DNA of 64,000 bases from Eledone cirrhosa (lineage: Eukaryota): the NCBI GenBank assembly GCA_964016885.1, contig OZ024741.1, forward strand, positions 109,306,001-109,370,000. Direction: 5' to 3'. Below, piece by piece: positions 1 to 12,412 of the stretch. Every line of letters begins with the position of its first letter. Positions within the stretch are counted from its first letter, which is position 1. The notes beneath the pieces were generated by a model that was given only the letters and a program-made list of their open reading frames with translations, was not told where the DNA came from and did not search any database. Both the position numbers and the translations under genes were made by a program.

Positions 1-26
1 TTCTGCGTTCACAGATTGACTTTGTT

Positions 27-77
27 AGTTTCAGAAGATCCCGTTAAGGGTGAAAGCAGCGATTCTTTGCTTAAACT
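27..77 (+). ncRNA. Type I hammerhead ribozyme-like motif with variant core CAGAAGA (U4A), in a short TA-embedded repeat family
   Basis: agttt-CAGAAGA-tccc/gttaa/gggt-GAAA-gca...tgc-TT-aaact; stem I extended by acagatt(11-17)/aatctgt(80-86). Same family at ~22637-22705 (+), ~42620-42700 (+), and core-less at ~10058-10120 (-). Confidence 0.65.
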
Positions 78-93
78 TTAATCTGTTATTTTA

Positions 94-632
<539 letters not shown>

Positions 633-1127
633 GCAACTATGTAATTATGTGTCTACGTATGTATTTTGTATATAAACATACATAATATTTCTTTGATTAC
701 TTTGTATGTTTATTTATGTTGTTATTATTGTTGTTCCATTATTGATATTGATTCCGTTGACATAGTTGCATAGAATAAGTACATTTGCTGATGCTGTGGT
801 TGATGTTGGATTGTGTTATACAGGACTTTCATTGAATTTATGTAGAATTTATGAAAATTAGACTGCAGAATATAATAGAGAATGCTACTGACATTTACAA
901 TTGTTGTGTATCAACTTTGTGATGTTATTGTTTGTTATCTTATTCTTCAGTGTTCGTTTCACCAACGATAGATTTAAATGTAGCTAAGAATGCTATTTTC
1001 TTACGAGGTCTGGAATATCGCTAAGGCCAAATGACAAATCCAGAATCCAATATCTCATCTAATTTATAAATATATTAAAAATTATTTTTAATATTTTCAA
1101 ATTGCGATTAACAAAAATACTTTGAAA

Positions 1128-1382
1128 TTATTCCAGATTTACCTCTTGTTGAATGTCTTGAACAACTTCCTCTTCTTCTTCTACTAACTCGTAACATTCT
1201 CCGAATTCCCCCTTTAGAAGACTACGACGAAAATATCGGACCTTTGTTAAATGTTTTCTGATTTCTTCCGTAAAAATACTTATCCATCTACTTATCCTAC
1301 TGTATCGTATACTTTGACTGGAAAACACGTTGTATCCAATCAACAAGGGTAAACAGCTGGATGAGAAAGGCAACGATACCAC
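1128..1382 (-). other. Possible isolated host exon (unverified)
   Basis: Non-repetitive stretch preceded on the - strand by an acceptor-like ttttatttttaag. One frame is open for 84 aa; another gives GIVAFLIQLFTLVDWIQRVFQSKYTIQ*. No recognisable homology. Confidence 0.2.
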
Positions 1383-1440
1383 CTTAAAAATAAAATTCCT
1401 TGTCTCATTGTAAAATTTTTGTCACTATCGGCTCATCGTT

Positions 1441-1962
1441 CTTTTTAATAACTGTTTCTACTTTTGGCAGCAATTATTCCAGTGCATTACTGGTACTTTA
1501 TTTATCGACCCTATAAGGATAAACGGCAAAGTTAACCTCGGCGGGATTTGAACTCAGAACATAAACGGACGCAACTCTATGCTGCGAAGCAGGGTGTCCG
1601 ACGCTCTACCGATTCTGCCAATCCATCGTTCTTTTTAATTGTTTCTACTTTGGCACAAGGCCAGCAATTACTCAGTGCATTACTGGTACTTTATTTTATC
1701 GACCGCGTAAAGATGAAAGGCAAAGCTAAGCTCGGCGGGATTTGAACTTAGAATGGCAAGGGCCGTAACTTTAATAATTGTTTCTACTTTAGGCACAAGG
1801 CCAGCAATTACCCAGTGCATTGCTGGTACTTTATTTTATCGACCTTGTAAGGATGAAAGGCAAAGTCAACCTCGGCGGGATTTGAACTCAGATCGTAAAG
1901 TGACGTAACTATGCTGGAAAGCATGGCGTCCGACCCTCCACCGATACTGCCAATCCACCGCC
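1441..1962 (-). mobile_element. Three tandem copies (one truncated) of a tRNA-derived SINE
   Basis: Reverse complement of ggcggtggattggcagtatcgg (A-box-like)...gagttcaaatcccgccgagg (B-box)...gcctttcatcc..gtcgataaaataaagtaccag...ggccttgtgcctaaagtagaaacaattatta; the family recurs many times in the window. Confidence 0.88.
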
Positions 1963-2229
1963 TTTAATAATGACGTCTGAATAGTGAACTCCCCTGGTAC
2001 ATTTTCTGAGTAAAGATTCGAAATGCCTGTAATTAGGAAAGCATACATCATCTACGTACCTACAACTCTCAGTCGACTGATTAATCATGCCTATCTGCTA
2101 AGCTTCCTTAACCCTACCAGATAGTCAAACTCGCAGGAAAATAAATATAAATCCACTAGGAGCGAACTACAGTTCCCGCCTATTGGTTAGTACACCTCTA
2201 GCAGCAAATGCAACGTATACATTATCTAT

Positions 2230-3720
2230 CATAAACCTTCCCACCCGTTCGAGTGTATCCTTTGTCCAGTAAGTGTACCCATTTTACTCTTGTCGTTCCT
2301 GAACTTATTTCCGAAAATCAGGTTTATTATCTAATCAACTGCTTTCTCAATCAATTCCAATTCCACACGAGTGTATAGAGTGAAGAAGACTTATAGGTAC
2401 ATTGTTTTTATTGTACTTATTGTGCCGCATCTAGTCAAAAGTTCAGTTGTAGATCCTTTACTCCACTTCATATTCATTCCACTAATTGCAAGAATCGTGC
2501 CACAATATCTATAAATACCTCCTTAATTACCGCCAAAGACTCATTTACTAAAATAGTCACCTGTCTGTTAACGAACCTATTAGCCCCGACTATAAATGTA
2601 ATTCCATATACTGTCTTGTGAAATTTGGGATCCAAAAGATTATGTGAACACGTTTTTCTTCTTCAATTGGTAACCACTCAAATTCTCCACAACAAGCTTA
2701 AATATTTCCATCAACGAACCCATATACCCTGATCTTATGCAGCAGGATACATTACCACTAAAAATATAACTAATATCACCCCTAACTCCCTATTCAAACC
2801 AACAGGTAATATATTTTGCTGGTTACAATGAAATTACCTGCTGCTTTATCTGCAGGTGCGATGATATACTTTTAAAGGAATCCACTTCAAACTTGGTTTA
2901 CTTCGGGCGTATTAAGATTTGGCATCCCCTGAACTCTCTAACCAAACCCTCATAATCTACTCTTTACCAAGCTAACAACTCTTTTTTTTTTTCATTCTCA
3001 GTATGCCACACAAGCAATACCATATTTCAAGACTAGCCTGTCTACAAAATTATCAATTGATTAAAAAATTAACTTATGTAATGTAAACCCATGTGACCTA
3101 GCAGATTTTCTATATTTTGTCCCAATCATCATCAGCCACCTGGGATCCTTATTCCCAACTATATTTAGAGCATCTGTAATTACACGCCCTACTTCTTGGT
3201 TGTAGAGCCTAGAACCTTCACAATCAGACAACTTCCTACAAGTTTCCCTGAAATTTTCGGCATTAATATCCACGAAGTGCCTATTGTAATTAAACCGTCT
3301 CCTCCCGCTCGTTGGTCGATACGAATACCTGACACAAATTCTCCTATCTCTTACCTCCTCAGTCAGGCTTCCATGCATATTCCTATTGCTATAAATCGAA
3401 TTTAAATACAACCTCTCCTAAAATATTCCACTTTGTCCTTTTTTAGCTTTATCCTTTTCGTCCCTAATTAATCGGTTGCAGAAATTATATATCAGTAAAC
3501 TAAACTAAGTTGCTATTTTCTCACACATTCCCATCATATCCCTCAGCTCTTACTTGGATCAGGCCCTTAGCAATACAAAACATCGCTAAAATTCCCTTGG
3601 AACCGTATAGTTCGACCAGGTTCCTCCACCTATATTCTCTATCACATTTATCTCTTCTAATTGTTCTTAACTTTCTATTTGCATGGTTACGTTTTCTCCT
3701 TAGCAAAGGCTGAGAAAAAT
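2230..3720 (-). mobile_element. Degenerate Penelope-like element, Naiad-type (CxC linker followed by RT)
   Basis: Minus-strand peptides RRKRNHANRK, YSYRP..FNY, SDCEGS..GRVITDALNIV..GTKYR, KYIIAPADKAAGNFIVTSKIYY, and remnants resembling RFIAG..YC..SG.N.MW and TYDFSTLYT; many stops and frameshifts. Confidence 0.7.
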
Positions 3721-4079
3721 AAACGTCGTTATCGCTATCTTATTCCTTTGATGTACCAAAGCCAGTGACCCTATATATGTACATATGTCATCCCACATCA
3801 CTATTGGAAAGTTGCATAGGCATTGGGGTGATGCAAACGCAATCCCAACTACCAATTAATCAACATTTAATAAGACAATATGTAAACATAGATATAGATT
3901 GGGAATTACCAGTCTAGACTAGTATAGCCATTGATCAGCTTAATACTCGATACTCAAGAATGTAAAATGTAGGTGTTATGATGAGTCACTATGCAACGCC
4001 TAAGCTGTTGCCGTTTCGATGGGCAGTAACTTCTCATAAAATATATATAATGATATAGATATAGATATGTGGGTGTATG

Positions 4080-4122
<43 letters not shown>

Positions 4123-5445
4123 ACATATATATAGAGAGATTTACATATATATGTCTTAGTGTGTATCTATGTTAAGTGTACCTTAAATCTTCAAATAGAC
4201 GCTTTCTTACATGACAGTTTATCATTTAATTGCGGCATAAAACGTCTACGCGTTATGCAAGTTTAACCATCCATATCAGGTGTTCTTTTCATATATATTT
4301 TTTTTTAATGAAATACATACCAATCCTATTGCAATATATATTCATACAATGGACCATAAAGTTAATTTTTCTCTGATGAGTCGAACAACAAATGAAAATA
4401 TCTTTTGTTTGCTGATGATCGCAATAATATTTGAAAGTCTTTATACTTACAATTCACACTTTTCACGGTAAAGTCATCTTATTTTTAAAAAAATTATATA
4501 TATCTACTTTACATTTAACCTAAATCTTGAAATTTGCGCTGTGTTCAAGCATAAATATTCATTATATAGAAAGAGAGAAATGGTGGCTAGCTACTGATTT
4601 TTTCCTCGAAGTGGATCGACACATCATTAGATGAGAGGTTCATAGTTGACAGCTAATTAGCAAAGCTATTACAAAGTCTCAGACAGGGCACAAAAGCTTT
4701 ACTTGTCCGGATTAACTTAATATCAATGACGAACATAATCAAGTGGTATGATTTTTTTTCTTTTTGCTTATTTATGTAGCGAAGTATATCTTCTTTTGTA
4801 AAGAAGAATATACATTTAGAGCATATGTATAAACACACATATACGGACACACACACGCACATGCACACACTAACACGCATAAACGCAGTCACACGCACAA
4901 ACATACATATATTTTTGTATTATATGTGTGTGTGTGTATATATATATATGAGTCTATGGCTCCGTTAATTTATCGTGATATATATATAGAGAGAGAGAAT
5001 AGAAATGGCTGTGTAGTTGCTATTTAAGATAGCTTAAAATGGAGTGGGAATAAGAAGAAAGCAAGAGCGGGGAGGGGTGAGTTTTCCTCATCAGTTGTCT
5101 ACGAATATTTCTACGCTTTAAAGACAATATATCTACCGCCCACAGCGTCAATAACTGGATAAGTTATTGGGAAAACGGAGGAAGGAGGAGAGGAAAACAA
5201 AAGGGAAGAAAAGAGAAAACAGTGAGAAAACAGCGAAAAAAAACAACAAACCGAGCAATGTGCGAGCAACTTAAGGTACGAAAAACCAAGACCACTCGAT
5301 GAGAGAACTTAAGTTCAAGACTGTGTTGTCGAGAGAAAAAAGACACACATATATATATAAAAATATCCATCGGCTTTCCAATTGTTAATACTATCTGTCG
5401 GTCGCAATTCCAGGTAGAAGGAGCAACGTGAAATAATGTGTCTTG

Positions 5446-5505
<60 letters not shown>

Positions 5506-5507
<2 letters not shown>

Positions 5508-5920
5508 AGGAGGTGAGTTTTATTGTAGTACAATAAAGCAATGCAGATATCGGATAAGAAGCACTCTACAGTTTGTAGGACTGGAGTATACATAATATAT
5601 AAGATCAAAAGATGGTTAAAGGAGTTCCATGTATTTTATTATGCGCATTTCAAAAACAAACATCATCATGCAATAATATTTGTGTTTTCATCAGATAAAA
5701 GAGGAGAACATGATATGAAGGCTAAAAACACTTGTGGATAGTGCAGTTTTAAATCAACATATGTTGATTTAAAACTGCACTATCCACAAGTGTTTTTTAG
5801 CCTTCATATCATGTTCTCCTCTTTTATCTGATGAAAACACAAATATTATTGCATGATGATGTTTGTTTTTGAAATGCGCATAATAAAATACATGGAACTC
5901 CTTTAACCATCTTTTGATCT

Positions 5921-5930
<10 letters not shown>
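5506..5930. mobile_element. Solo fold-back copy of the pseudo-LTR of the PLE at 12895-17270, with two inverted HHR motifs
   Basis: Near-identical to 12895-13152; spacer-less palindrome centred at 5760/5761 (aaatcaacat|atgttgattt); flanked by (TA)n/(TG)n. Confidence 0.9.
5822..5888 (+). ncRNA. Type I minimal hammerhead ribozyme (PLE pseudo-LTR)
   Basis: ttttat-CTGATGA-aaacacaaat...tgtttgttttt-GAAA-tgcgca-TA-ataaaa; palindromic stem III typical of PLE HHRs; mirror copy on - strand at ~5633-5700. Confidence 0.85.
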
Positions 5931-5984
<54 letters not shown>

Positions 5985-6051
5985 TAAATCATGTCCTTAG
6001 AATTATTAGATAAAATATATACCATTTCTTTGACTTTATGTATATGTAAAT

Positions 6052-6090
<39 letters not shown>

Positions 6091-6164
6091 GGGTTCAATC
6101 GGGGGTAACCACAGTAATTAAGGTACTCAATATATAGCAGAGTATAATTATTTAATATAGAAAT

Positions 6165-6215
6165 GGCTTCTACAAGACTAGAACTGTTTCGTTCGGGAGA
6201 AATCATCAGGAAGCC
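6165..6215 (-). ncRNA. Type I hammerhead ribozyme motif
   Basis: Minus strand: ggcttc-CTGATGA-tttctcccgaac-GAAA-ca..tg-TA-gaagcc (6-bp stem I, GUA triplet). Confidence 0.75.
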
Positions 6216-6357
6216 CATCAATCTGGATGACCGACTGGCAACAGGTGGCCCTGGCCGTCTTCGGCTCTTAAACATTTCTCTCTGCTTTTCAGCCTCTTGG
6301 ATTGTGTTTACCATTATTCCTTTATTGTATTCCTTTATTATATAACTTTTATTCAAT

Positions 6358-6419
6358 AAACACCTGATGATGTCACCAGGATCCTACGGAACATGGTCAT
6401 TGAAATGTGCATAGTGTTT
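6358..6419 (+). ncRNA. Type I hammerhead ribozyme motif
   Basis: aaacac-CTGATGA-tgtcacca...tggtcatt-GAAA-tgtgca-TA-gtgttt (6-bp stem I). Confidence 0.75.
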
Positions 6420-6652
6420 GTAATAAATCTTTAAGGAATTTCACCAGTCCAGCCTCCTGTCATTTTACTCAATAATAATTAACTCCGTTCTAGCACCACC
6501 AACAAGATTCAACATAAAGGAAGATATATGGGTTGCATTACGTCGAGTGCTGTTCCTAATATTACATCATGATCGACTATATGGAATGACAAGTTCTATC
6601 CAGTGGTAAACCAACAAACCTAAATGTATATATATTATGTATATATATATAT

Positions 6653-6736
6653 ATAGGAACGAGTAGGACCCCGACGGCTGAGCTCAAGCCGTTTCGACGG
6701 CTTGAGCTCAGCCGTCGGGGTCCTGCTCGTTCCTAT
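6653..6736. repeat. 84-nt near-perfect hairpin formed by a fold-back of the 3' half of an HHR
   Basis: 40-bp arms around a TTCG loop; the - strand reads GAAA-cggct-tgagctc-agccg-TC-ggggtcc. Confidence 0.8.
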
Positions 6737-6812
6737 TACCCACTCTACTACCCTAAGTATTGAGTACTTTGGTGCGTTATGGTCCACCTGGTTCCTTACC
6801 ACATTTCCTTCG

Positions 6813-6862
<50 letters not shown>

Positions 6863-7709
6863 ATTTGTGTGTGACTGTGTATTTATGTATATGTGTGTGC
6901 ATGTACGTATGTGTGTGTAGGATGACGTGGCAGCTGTTGTTTAATCTCAGATCTGCTTTGAATGAGCAGGTCTACATTGTAAGAATTTTAATATAGGCCA
7001 ATTCTGCCATTATATTTTAAGTCATAATGTACCAGGGACTACATTTTTCTCCTCTTCCTCTTTTCGACCTAATTTTAAGCGTTCTATTTCTAACAATTTA
7101 ATAAACTACGTAGAGTAATGGTTCAAAAGTTTTATGTTGGGCTGCTGGGTATTTGCAAAGCTAGCTCTGGAAATCTGTCAATTTGTCGAGTAGACAAATC
7201 ATTCTGTGGGAACATTCATTTAAATATACATGGTCCTTGCTCCTCATACCTTCTTTCCTTTCTCTATTGCCATTAAGAAAAGACTTGATGCCACCAAATG
7301 AATATGGTGCCTTCTCCTACCATCATACATCTAATATGACCAACAGCTCTCAGATGGAGGATAGAAAGACTGATATAGAGAAAATGAAATTGAAAGTGAA
7401 AAAGAAAGCGAATAAGCGCAACAGAAACATTAACTAACTGAAAGTATGACAGAGGTAGTAGTGAGAGAGGGGTGATAGTAAAAGACGGGTAGATAGATAG
7501 AGAGAGTTAAATTGAGTGAGAGACAAGTAGATATATTTGAGAGTGGGTAAATTGAGAATCAAAGAAAGAGAGAAAGACATTGGTAAAGAGTGAGGCAAAC
7601 TGAAAAAGACAGACAAAGCAAGAGAGAGAGTATGTGTGTGCGTGTTCAATTTGGGTATCTGTCTGTGTTTGTGGGTGTGTGTGTGTGTGTGTGTGCGCGC
7701 GGGGGTGCG

Positions 7710-7781
<72 letters not shown>

Positions 7782-8998
7782 TGTGTGTGTGTGTCTTTGT
7801 GTGACAATATAGAAGAAGGCGGCTATTTGATAATTAAAAACAGTGAGAGAAACAAGAAATGGGAAATTATAGAAGAAAGGTTTGAAAAGCGAGAAAGAGA
7901 GAAAATGAAAGTTGCGCGGGGTGACAAACAGGGAAAACAAGAAACAGAAAAGGCAAGTAGAATAGAGAAACTGTGAGAGAAATAGGTAGGAGAAAGTATG
8001 AGTGAGTGGAGAGAGAAACAAATTGAGAGACAGGCGGAAGAAAATAAGAGTGAAAAAAGAAAGACATACAAACGGGTAGAGGTGGGGACAGGAAGAAATA
8101 TATTACAAAATATCTCACTTCCCAACCCCCATCCACCGTCTTTCAGTTCCCCAATAATAGAAAATCTTATGACTGAACAATTTAATCTCTCTGAGTCTCC
8201 ACCGAAGCCTGGGGTTCTGCAAAGGTAATACTGAAGGTCTGTGAACTATGTCAAGTACTTTGCTATAGACATAATATACTTACACTATTGGGTATCAATT
8301 CTGCTCCAAGTGTAAGCATTTCTCTCTTTTGATTGTTATTGTTGCAGTATAACGATCTTGGAAGGAAGTTATTGTAGCAGAGGGGAGGGGTCCATGGGGA
8401 AAATTTTTTAAATAAGAAAAGGTCTTCAAAGTGAAAAGGCTAGAAGCCATTCATCTTGTCTATTGTAACAGAAGAAAAGTTATTTAAATAGAGACGTCGT
8501 ACGCAGTTCGTTGACTCAGTTCACCGGATATATCTTTATTCTCTGCCACTCACGTATAGGACATCTGTCATCACCATGAATTATCTAAATTAAATGTGTA
8601 TATATATATATATATATTAAAGATATATGTTAATGATATATATTAAAGATATATATTAAAGATATATCTGTATAAATACTGAGTGTGTAACCGAGACATC
8701 CCCAATAATGTATACATACATTCATACATACATAAAAGTGTGTGTGAGGGGAGGGGGAATAAAGATGAAGGTGAAATAGATGAAGGCATGGTTCTACATT
8801 TCCATGATTTAATTTGTTAAATAGAAATCATTATGTACATTTGAGATGTGTTAGATAATAGATTACGAGCGTCTAACAGGTCATCTTATAGCAGAATTTT
8901 ATAAAGTAGATAAACATTACAGCAGATTTTACTGGTGAGGAGTAAGCCACATTACTCAATAGTTCATTAGTTGCAGTGATAAAAAATGTAACACTACC

Positions 8999-9045
<47 letters not shown>

Positions 9046-9051
<6 letters not shown>

Positions 9052-10011
9052 CAATATCGGAGAAAGCTTTTTAGCGATACTCCGGCCAAATTCCAACTCA
9101 CTCAACAAACATTAGGAAATAAGTGATTATATTCTCAATTATGTGTTCGGGGTGCTAATTAAAAGTATTGCGTGGAAAATTGGCTGTATTATTTCAAATG
9201 AGATATGAATATATCTCTTCCCAGACGGATGTCTCGTTTCATTATAGGATTCCTACAATTTGGGTGAAATTATACCAATTTATGTAGGAGCTTGTATACC
9301 ATCAATAGATATATATTCAAGTGGGCTCCTATAATTCATCAGTGGGTGCCCCAATAATACTAATATTGATAATCTAACCAACATCAGCATTTAGCGATAA
9401 TCACTTACTGTGCCTGAGGTATCTGTCAGGTTGCCAGTCCAGCAGTTCTAAAGAAGTGCTCGAACTGATTAAAAAAATGAGGAAGTGAATTACCGCCAAA
9501 AAAAAACAATACATGCGCGTGACAATGAACTCTGAAAGGAATTCAGGCCACGTGCTAAGAACTCAATTGGAAATTGAAAAAATATCTATGTGTGTACAAC
9601 ATTTGATGACACACACAGATATTTTCTCGGGCAAAATAACAGAATGAGATATAAGGAACAATCAATATTCATATATAAAAAATAAACAAAGAAATGCTAA
9701 CCTTATACCGGGAATTTTTTTCAAATCTGCTGCGCCAAGAGCAAATAAATAAATACAATATCGGAGAAAGCTTTTTAGCGATACTCCGGCCAAATTCCAA
9801 TTCACTCAACAAACATTAGGAAATAAGTGATTATATTCTCAATTATGTGTTCGGGGCGCTAACTAAAAGTATTGCGTGGAAAATTGGCTGTATTATTTCA
9901 AATGAGACATATCTAATATATCTCTTCCCAGACGGACGTCTCGTTTCATTATAGGATTCCTACAATTTGGGTGAAATTATACCAATTTATGTAGGAGCTT
10001 GTATACCATCA

Positions 10012-10012
<1 letters not shown>
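9046..10012 (-). mobile_element. Non-coding PLE-like unit with ~265-bp terminal direct repeats, between (TA)n tracts
   Basis: 9046-9310 repeated at 9748-10012 (period ~702 bp); carries an HHR on the - strand. Confidence 0.75.
9220..9346 (-). ncRNA. Type I hammerhead ribozyme with expanded stem II
   Basis: Minus strand: ccca-CTGATGA-attatagga...(~75 nt including a tcctaca/tgtagga hairpin)...tcctataat-GAAA-cg..cg-TC-tggg. Confidence 0.8.
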
Positions 10013-10058
<46 letters not shown>

Positions 10059-10201
10059 TTATTAAAATAACAGATTAAAGTTTAAGCAAATAATCGCTGC
10101 TTTCACCCTTAACGGGATCTATGGTTCTTATATATTTGATATATATTTATTCTTATCGAACCTTTTTGGGATTTTAGTCTTCAAATTTATTATTATTACT
10201 G

Positions 10202-10264
<63 letters not shown>

Positions 10265-10284
10265 GCGTGTGTGTGTGTGTGTGT

Positions 10285-10866
10285 GAATGTATGTATAGTA
10301 TATTTGTCAATATACCGTATGTTTGATTAAAAACATTTAGATAACCATACACTATCAGTTTTAAAGTAGTGACTATGTCACTTACTTCTTTTCGGCGAAA
10401 GAAGGCAGAGAAGCTAACAGTCTGTTTCATACTGGTTGGCGTTCATCAGAGCCACGTACATTATAGAAGCTGGATTCTTATAGAATTCCAGTAATAATCA
10501 GGAGCTGATTATACAGAGCAATTGCCGGTTCAGCAAAAATTAGATATTAGGATTGGTGCTCTGAAATAGCTGGAGCGGCAATCGCTCTGTATAATCAGCT
10601 CCTGATTATTACTGGAATTCTATAAGAATCCAGCTTCTATAATTTTCAGCGGCAGCAGAGGAGTACGTGGCTCTGATGAACGCCAGCCAGCATGAAACAG
10701 ACTGTTAGCTTCTCTTCCTTCTTTCGCCGAAAAGAAGTGACATAGTCACTACTTTAAAACTGATACGTATGGCCTTCTAAATGTTTTTAATTAAACATAT
10801 TGTATATTGCCAAATATACTATACATACACTCATTGATACATCGCTATTTCAGAGCACCAATCCTA

Positions 10867-10870
<4 letters not shown>
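10285..10870. mobile_element. Inverted, circularly permuted ~310-nt HHR-containing unit (retrozyme/PLE-like)
   Basis: 10305-10528 inverted relative to 10575-10812; 10545-10570 inverted at 10843-10869; HHR at 10669-10710 (+) and 10412-10453 (-). Confidence 0.75.
10669..10710 (+). ncRNA. Type I hammerhead ribozyme motif
   Basis: ggct-CTGATGA-acgccagccagcat-GAAA-cagactg-TT-agct; stem II imperfect. Confidence 0.65.
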
Positions 10871-10899
<29 letters not shown>

Positions 10900-10901
10900 C
10901 A

Positions 10902-10960
<59 letters not shown>

Positions 10961-11139
10961 CTATATATATATATACATATATATATATCTGTGTGTGTGT
11001 GTGTGTGTGTGTACTAATGTCTAGTTTTCTATATTCGTTTATTTGAATTAGTTTAAGTTTGTATATTATTCATTTATTTTGTATAATTTATCCGTGTTTA
11101 CACAGTTTTCTAATTTAGCTCTATTTGGTGTAAAGGGCA

Positions 11140-11312
11140 TAGTTGATTATATCAATCCCAGTAAATGTATTGGTAATATACTTCAACGTCCCTTGAATGA
11201 TGAAAGTCAAAGTAACCTCGCTGGAAGTTGAACTGTGAATGGATAGAGCCAGACCAAATACGGCAATACCATTTTATCCGACGGTCTACCAATTCTGCCA
11301 ATACGCCAGCCT
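11140..11312 (-). mobile_element. Diverged tRNA-derived SINE
   Basis: Similar to the SINE at 1772-1962 (tgaaagtcaaagtaacctcg...tctaccaattctgccaat). Confidence 0.7.
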
Positions 11313-12175
11313 TATCTGTGTTTATTTTACCTGGTGTTTATAGGTCACAGTATATTGTATAACGTCCTTGCACACCCCCATGTGTTTTATAGCTACGATT
11401 ATATACCCGTAAACGTTCCGCAAGTCTGTTTTTGTTCAAAACTTCTAGTATGAATAAATGGCTAATATCATGAAAAAATACTGTTATTGTCATCATTCTT
11501 GCTTTGAGAAAGACATATGTTGTCTTTCGTTTTCTATATTTTTCCTACATCATAGAAACAATCGCCGTATGTTTTGGAGTATAAGATACACCTCTGTAAG
11601 AAGTGAAACCCTTATTCTGAAGAACAAAATTTCGAAGAAACCACTGTAGTATTCCATATATTTTTCGGTGAACAAGGCATAGACAAATTTTGATTTCAAA
11701 ATTTTGGAGTAAAAGAATGTGTCCTGTACACTGAAAATATGGTATTTACATCTTCAAGGTTCAGGATACTAAAGCACTGTCTGAGAGCACAAAATAATTT
11801 TTGTAGGCACTAATACTATTATGCTCTTTTTACCCTCCTGAAACTCTTGAAATAGTTTCAGGGAACCCCTGCATAAAGATTATTATATATCATTATTTCC
11901 AAAAGTAGAAACAATTATTAATATTTATCTTTTGAGAGGTTGAAGCGTTTATTATAATAACCAAGGATTCTTCAACAATATGCCGTACTTGTATATTACG
12001 AATATATAATTAAACAAAATTTACTAAAAATTGCATTAAATTATTTATCACTGTTTCTCGCAGAACCACGGGGTTCCGGGGAAAACTGGTTGAGAAACGC
12101 TACTCTACGAGATATCGTGTTAAGATCGCTCTCGTAAGTTTGTTGTTATTCTATTGTTATACAAGATGTTTCGTT

Positions 12176-12322
12176 GAATTCAAATCCCGCCGAGGTTAGC
12201 TTTGCTTTCAGTCATAGGGGTTCGATAAAATAAAGTACAAGTGTTGCACTGGAGTCGATTTAATCGACTTTGCTCTTATCGTTACATTGATAGCCTTGTG
12301 CCTAATGTAGAAACCATTATTA
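12176..12322 (+). mobile_element. 5'-truncated SINE
   Basis: gaattcaaatcccgccgaggttagctttgc...cgataaaataaagtac...gccttgtgcctaatgtagaaaccattatta. Confidence 0.8.
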
Positions 12323-12337
12323 TTCATATATATGTGT

Positions 12338-12385
<48 letters not shown>

Positions 12386-12412
12386 GTATATATACGTATG
12401 TGTGTATGTATG

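Noticed and set aside
4322-4477. Two tiny candidate exons on the - strand with AG/GT boundaries
   Set aside because: Phases do not join into a convincing ORF (the hydrophobic frame has a stop) and there is no recognisable homology.
5085-5100. CTGATGA on the - strand (also on + at ~4373)
   Set aside because: No properly placed stem II, GAAA or stem I partner.
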